Positions 59,177 through 64,000 of a stretch of 64,000 bases of DNA are shown here, piece by piece; within the stretch, counting starts at the first letter, position 1, and the number at the start of each line of letters is the position of its first letter. The notes under the pieces were generated by a model that was given only the letters and a program-made list of their open reading frames with translations, was not told the DNA's origin and did not search any database. Source of the stretch: Acidobacteriota bacterium (GTDB lineage: Bacteria; Acidobacteriota; UBA6911); the NCBI GenBank assembly GCA_963664705.1, contig OY761556.1, forward strand, positions 6,592,001 to 6,656,000, given 5' to 3'. A program made the position numbers and the translations under genes.

Positions 59177-60076
59177 TTATTTCGCAGGCATTTTGAAGAT
59201 GTCCGGGAGAGTATTGGGAAAGGATTCCCTGGAGCGGCCGGCCGTCAGCGATTCCGGGACAGCTTTCGCCAGTTCTTCCGGCGTCCAGGTGCCGTCCTTG
59301 GTGATCTTTTTGGCAATCGGTTGCGGCTCCACAAAAATGGCTACGTGTCCGTGCAGAACTTCAAAGATGCATCCGTTAATGTGATCGGCTGCTTCACTGA
59401 CAAGGTATGTTGCGAGAGCGGCCACATCTTCCGGCTTATTGGCCTCGATTAGGGGGTCTCTGACTGCGGGGCCGGGGCCTCGCCAGAGAGCAATCGGACG
59501 AAGGACATTGCAGGTGGTTCCGAAAGGAGCCATTTCTCGTGCCACCGTTCGCGCGAAACCGACAATACCTTCTTTGACCGTTGAATAACTCGCCTGCCCC
59601 GGGAAGCCGAAACCGATGTGCGAAGATGTGCAGAGAATGCGACCATAGTTCTGTTTCTTCATATAGGCAGTCGCAGCTCGCGTGCAATACATCATTCCAT
59701 ATAGATGCGTCTTGATCGTAAGATCCCAGTCTTCCGTTTTGATTTTGTCGATATCCTGGTGCCGGATGATGCCGGCATTATTAATCAGGATGTCGATTCT
59801 TCCGAATTCATCGATTGCCTGGCGGATGATAGAGGCGGCGCCATCTTCTGTCGTCACACTCGCGTAATTGGCGACGGCGGTACCTCCCGATTGTCGAATT
59901 TGCTCGACCACACGGTCTGCGTCATCCCGGCCCGCTCCATGGCCATCGTGAGAGGTCCCGAGGTCGTTTACGACCACGCAGGCTCCCTGTGCTGCAAAAC
60001 TGATTGCATCCGCCCGGCCAAGGCCGTTTCCGGCTCCGGTGATAACGGCTACGCGACCTTTCAGCATGTCTCCCAT
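59177..60076 (-). CDS. Short-chain dehydrogenase/reductase (3-hydroxyacyl-CoA dehydrogenase-like)
   Basis: TGAGNGLG, VVNDLG, INNAGI, YxxxK (YSTVK). Confidence 0.93.
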   Translation of the reverse strand: MGDMLKGRVAVITGAGNGLGRADAISFAAQGACVVVNDLGTSHDGHGAGRDDADRVVEQIRQSGGTAVANYASVTTEDGAASIIRQAIDEFGRIDILINNAGIIRHQDIDKIKTEDWDLTIKTHLYGMMYCTRAATAYMKKQNYGRILCTSSHIGFGFPGQASYSTVKEGIVGFARTVAREMAPFGTTCNVLRPIALWRGPGPAVRDPLIEANKPEDVAALATYLVSEAADHINGCIFEVLHGHVAIFVEPQPIAKKITKDGTWTPEELAKAVPESLTAGRSRESFPNTLPDIFKMPAK

Positions 60077-60146
60077 GAAAACTCCTTTCGCGTTGTTGAG
60101 GTAAGGTCGTCATTCGTCCCGGTCAAGCTGGGGTGAGTTTTAGGGA

Positions 60147-60169
60147 CGAGATGATGGGGCATCATCTCG
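60147..60169. promoter_or_regulatory. Perfect 10-bp inverted repeat in a divergent intergenic region, candidate operator
   Basis: CGAGATGATG-GGG-CATCATCTCG. Confidence 0.45.
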
Positions 60170-60320
60170 GAACCGCGACGGGAAAGTCCAGGAAATAGTG
60201 CGCGATCATTTTGTGGCGATCCGGGAATAGTTTATTTGAAATATTGAAATATGGGGGCGATGCCTTCGGCATCAAGCGTGGGTCTTGCGTCGGTTCCACC
60301 GCAAAAAGTATACTCGTCGA

Positions 60321-61556
60321 ATGAGCGACATATCGATAATCTCACCCGCGGTGCTGAAGCTGCTCGACAGGGGCGCGATTATTCCCTGTCCCTCCTCTGT
60401 GGAGGTGGATGATTCCATTAACCCTGAACGCATCGCTCCCGGCGTTGTCGTCCACACGGGGAGCCGTCTTTCAGGGGCAATGACTTCGATCGGGCCCGGA
60501 TCGGAGCTTGGCAGGGAAGGCCCGGTTGTGTTGGAGGACTGCCAGCTCGGGCATAAAGTCGAGCTAAAAGGCGGTTTCTTTTCGGGGGCAACATTCCTGG
60601 ATGGGGCTGTGATGGGGAGCGCGGCGCATGTGAGGCCGGGAACGCTTGTTGAGGAGGGGGCCGGCGGCGCTCACGCGGTAGGTTTCAAGCAGACTATTCT
60701 GCTACCATTTGTGACCGCGGGCAGTCTGATCAATTTCTGTGACGCTCTGATGGCAGGCGGAACCGATCGGAAGAATCATAGCGAAATCGGGTCTTCCTAT
60801 ATTCATTTCAATTTCACTCCGCATCAGGATAAGGCGACTGCTTCGCTGATTGGGGATGTGCCGCGGGGGGTTTTCCTGAATCAAGCCCCGATTTTTCTGG
60901 GCGGGCAGGGCGGGCTGGTAGGCCCCGCGCGGATTGCCTACGGTACGGTTGTTCCCGCCGGCTCGATTTGCCGCAAGGATATTCTCGATGAATCGACCTT
61001 ATTCATCCCTGCATTCGTCGCGGGTGCGCCGCGCAAATTTGTTGCCGGAGTCTACCGAGGGATCAACCGAATCATCGAAAATAATTTGATCTATATCGGG
61101 AATCTGTGGGCTCTGCGAGCCTGGTATGCGGATGTGCGGGTGAGGACGATGGCTGTGGACAGCTATGGTGAGGCATGCCATGCCGGAGCGATCGAGAGGG
61201 TAGATTCCGGACTGAAGGAACGTATCCAGCGACTGAAGGAACTGGCCGGGAAGATGCCGTTGTCCCTCGAGCTTGCGTGTTCCAAAGGAGGTGCGGAACT
61301 GCCCCCCGGTGTCCAGGCTCAGCAGCGTGCGTTGATTGATCGCTGGCCCGAAATGGAATCGCATCTCATGGCCGGGCCGCCCTCCGATACCGGGTCTGCC
61401 GAGCGAGATGCTTTCCTGGAAACGTGGAATAACGTCGATGTATCCGAAGGCCATATCAAAGCCATAGGCGCAATTCCGGAACCGGCGCAGAAGGCGGGAG
61501 TTTTGTGGCTGCAGAGCCTGGTGGATTTCGCTGCAACGCTTTGGACGGCTGTATAG
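60321..61556 (+). CDS. Left-handed beta-helix protein resembling the GlmU acetyltransferase domain, without a uridylyltransferase domain
   Basis: AHVRPGT..VGFKQT..INFCDA..EIGSSYIHFNF..DKATASLIGD..FLGGQGGLVGPARIAYGTVVPAGS parallels the GlmU C-terminus. TATACT 6 nt before the ATG suggests a leaderless transcript. Confidence 0.65.
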   Translation: MSDISIISPAVLKLLDRGAIIPCPSSVEVDDSINPERIAPGVVVHTGSRLSGAMTSIGPGSELGREGPVVLEDCQLGHKVELKGGFFSGATFLDGAVMGSAAHVRPGTLVEEGAGGAHAVGFKQTILLPFVTAGSLINFCDALMAGGTDRKNHSEIGSSYIHFNFTPHQDKATASLIGDVPRGVFLNQAPIFLGGQGGLVGPARIAYGTVVPAGSICRKDILDESTLFIPAFVAGAPRKFVAGVYRGINRIIENNLIYIGNLWALRAWYADVRVRTMAVDSYGEACHAGAIERVDSGLKERIQRLKELAGKMPLSLELACSKGGAELPPGVQAQQRALIDRWPEMESHLMAGPPSDTGSAERDAFLETWNNVDVSEGHIKAIGAIPEPAQKAGVLWLQSLVDFAATLWTAV

Positions 61557-61570
61557 ACGGAGAAAAACTG

Positions 61571-62923
61571 ATGGGACGCATGTTTGGGACCGACGGGGTA
61601 AGAGGGGTGGCGAATATTCACCCGATGACCGCGGAAATGGCGCTTGAAATAGGCCGCGCCACGGCATATATCTGCAAAAAACGCTCAAAGCACAAGCCGG
61701 CAATCGTTATCGGGAGAGATACCCGCATCAGCGGACATATGATCGCATCGGCGTTGACCGCCGGCATCTGTTCCATGGGCGTAGATGTACTTCTCGTCGG
61801 CCCGCTGCCAACACCCGGCATAGCCTTTATGGCGCAGAGTATGCGGGTGGATGCCGGTATGGTTATTTCGGCGTCGCATAACCCCTACCAGGATAATGGC
61901 ATAAAAATCTTTTCCGGCGATGGATTCAAGCTTCCGGATAGCGAGGAAGATGAAATAGAAGATTTGATCGCATCCGGCCGGATTCGCGATGTGCGGCCCA
62001 CGGCAGACGAAATTGGCCGTGTTCGGCGCGTCGAGGATGCGAGCGGACGGTATATTGTGTTCTGCAAAGGCACTTTCCCCGGAGATCAGACGCTGGAAGG
62101 GTTGAGGGTTGTGCTCGATTGCGCAAATGGGGCGACCTACAAAGTGGCGCCTGCCGTCTTTTCCGAACTGGGAGCGTCCGTCAGTGCCATCCATTGCAAT
62201 CCCAATGGCATCAATATTAACGAACGCTGCGGATCGCAGCATACCGAAGATCTCAGTGCGCGAACGGTCGAATCCGGGGCGGATGCGGGACTGGCGTTCG
62301 ACGGCGATGGCGATCGGCTTATTGCGGTCGATGAGAAAGGCAATCGGGTCAGCGGCGATCAAATCCTGGCAATATGCGGTACAATGTACAAAGAGTTGGG
62401 GTTGCTGACCAATAACCTCGTTATCGCCACCGTGATGAGCAATTTCGGGTTTTTCAGGGCCATGCGAAAACTGGGCATTCAGGAAGGCGTCAGCAATGTC
62501 GGAGACCGCTACGTACTGGAAATGATGAAGCAGAAGGGAGCTGTTCTGGGAGGCGAGGACTCTGGGCATGTAATCTTCTTGAATCACCATACAACCGGAG
62601 ATGGAATCATTGCTGCCCTGCAGCTAATGTACGCGGTGCGTCGATCCGGGCAGCCACTGTCCGAGTTAGCCAAAGTGGTAGTCCCGTCACCTCAGCAAAT
62701 CATCAATGTAGACGTCAGAAGCAAACCGCCATTGAGCGACATTCCGGAACTGCAGATGGCGGTCCGGCAGGCAGAGGAAGAACTCGGAGACAGCGGCAGA
62801 GTGTTGATCCGGTATTCGGGGACTCAGTCGATGTGCCGGGTCATGGTGGAAGGACCGACAGAAGACCTCACGAATCGCCTGACCCAGAGACTGGCGGATG
62901 TGGTTCGACAGAAGATCGGCTAG
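61571..62923 (+). CDS. glmM: Phosphoglucosamine mutase
   Basis: FGTDGVRG, ISASHNPYQDNGIK, FDGDGDR, VGDRYV, GGEDSGH, IRYSGT. Confidence 0.96.
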   Translation: MGRMFGTDGVRGVANIHPMTAEMALEIGRATAYICKKRSKHKPAIVIGRDTRISGHMIASALTAGICSMGVDVLLVGPLPTPGIAFMAQSMRVDAGMVISASHNPYQDNGIKIFSGDGFKLPDSEEDEIEDLIASGRIRDVRPTADEIGRVRRVEDASGRYIVFCKGTFPGDQTLEGLRVVLDCANGATYKVAPAVFSELGASVSAIHCNPNGININERCGSQHTEDLSARTVESGADAGLAFDGDGDRLIAVDEKGNRVSGDQILAICGTMYKELGLLTNNLVIATVMSNFGFFRAMRKLGIQEGVSNVGDRYVLEMMKQKGAVLGGEDSGHVIFLNHHTTGDGIIAALQLMYAVRRSGQPLSELAKVVVPSPQQIINVDVRSKPPLSDIPELQMAVRQAEEELGDSGRVLIRYSGTQSMCRVMVEGPTEDLTNRLTQRLADVVRQKIG

Positions 62924-62950
62924 AGCGCCGGGCGATGCAGCAGGAGCGCT

Positions 62951-63979
62951 ATGTCCTTTAAGGTCATTGTAACCAGCGATTTTGATCATATGAGTGAAGT
63001 CGCATCCAGTCTGCTGGTTGAGGATATAAACCGGAAGCTCGAATCCGAGCCGGCTTATGTGCTGGGACTGGCGACCGGGAACTCTCCTACCGGCCTGTAT
63101 AAGCACCTTGCCAAAGCCGCCAATACCGGGAAGATCGATTCAGCAAGGCTGATCAGCTTTAACCTGGACGAATACATCGGGCTGGCCGGAGAGAATGCGC
63201 AGCAAAGGGCCCTGAATAACGAGAGCCGCAGTTATTTTATGGTTCAAGAGCTGTTTGGGCTCCTGCGGAATAAATTTCGCGAAGTGAATGTGCCGTGGGG
63301 GACACTGATTGACCAGGATATTTTTGAGGCTGAACTGAAGGCCAATCCCGAAGATTGGGATTATCAGGGAACCGATAAAGGCAAGGCCGTCGTCATCAAG
63401 CGCGATGCCGCATCAGAATACCTGCGGTGGATCCGACGGGAGATTCTGGATGCCTACGAGGAAAAAATCGATAAATGCGGCGGAATAGATCTGCATGTAA
63501 TCGGTGTGGGGAGCCGTGGGCATGTGGGATTTCACGAGTCCGGCATTCCGTTTGAAAAAAACAAAGTGCTGCTGGTGAAACTGGACGAGGATACAATCAC
63601 CAATGCCGTGCTGGATGGGCACTTTTCGAGCAGGGCCTCGTGTCCGCTCTACGCTGTGTCCATGGGGGCCGAGCTGATCTATCGTGCAAAAACAGTACTG
63701 CTTCTCGCAAACGGCGAGAGAAAAGCGAATGCAATTGCCAGCGCTTTGCTTCGTGGGCCCCACTGTTCCGTGCCCATTTCCTATGGACACCTCCTGTCTC
63801 AAAGCGGCGGGCGCATGATTTTTGTCATCGACCGGCTCGCTGCGGCGGGAATTCTGGATAAGACGGATCAACTGCGGAAACATGGAGTCGAACTGGAGGA
63901 TCGCAGTTCAGAGCAGGCAACTGTGGCTGTGGCCGATCTGCTGTTTTCCAGGGATGCGCGCACGGGCAGGATTCACTAA
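62951..63979 (+). CDS. nagB: Glucosamine-6-phosphate deaminase-like protein with an internal insertion
   Basis: VLGLATGNSP, FNLDEYIGL, GGIDLHVIGVGSRGHVGFHE, AVSMG, LLANGERKA. Confidence 0.75.
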   Translation: MSFKVIVTSDFDHMSEVASSLLVEDINRKLESEPAYVLGLATGNSPTGLYKHLAKAANTGKIDSARLISFNLDEYIGLAGENAQQRALNNESRSYFMVQELFGLLRNKFREVNVPWGTLIDQDIFEAELKANPEDWDYQGTDKGKAVVIKRDAASEYLRWIRREILDAYEEKIDKCGGIDLHVIGVGSRGHVGFHESGIPFEKNKVLLVKLDEDTITNAVLDGHFSSRASCPLYAVSMGAELIYRAKTVLLLANGERKANAIASALLRGPHCSVPISYGHLLSQSGGRMIFVIDRLAAAGILDKTDQLRKHGVELEDRSSEQATVAVADLLFSRDARTGRIH

Positions 63980-64000
63980 TCAGAACCAAATTTCCCGATA

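Overview
A gene-dense, moderately GC-rich bacterial chromosomal window. The Gram-negative envelope proteins, anaerobic-type redox genes, repeat families and kdp layout suggest an Acidobacteriota-like organism (inference only). It holds a frameshifted amt ammonium transporter with a sigma54-type promoter, a MacAB-TolC-type ABC exporter, two TetR-linked RND systems whose permease is fused to a TolC-like domain through an internal signal-peptide-like linker, and a 2-oxoacid:ferredoxin oxidoreductase cluster. It also has arsM, a PAS/GAF hybrid kinase, a complete kdp locus with KdpD split into three genes plus a probably co-regulated APC transporter, several MFS/MATE/hydrolase genes, and a GlmU-like/glmM/nagB-like cluster. 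The strongest candidate for an undescribed system is a 1878-bp element (8624-10501). It encodes only two paralogous DUF1670-like proteins and has imperfect terminal inverted repeats, subterminal hairpins, a flanking AC duplication, a long leader hairpin and a possible -1 frameshift site. No tRNA, rRNA or CRISPR array was seen. All family assignments come from motif recognition, not database searches.
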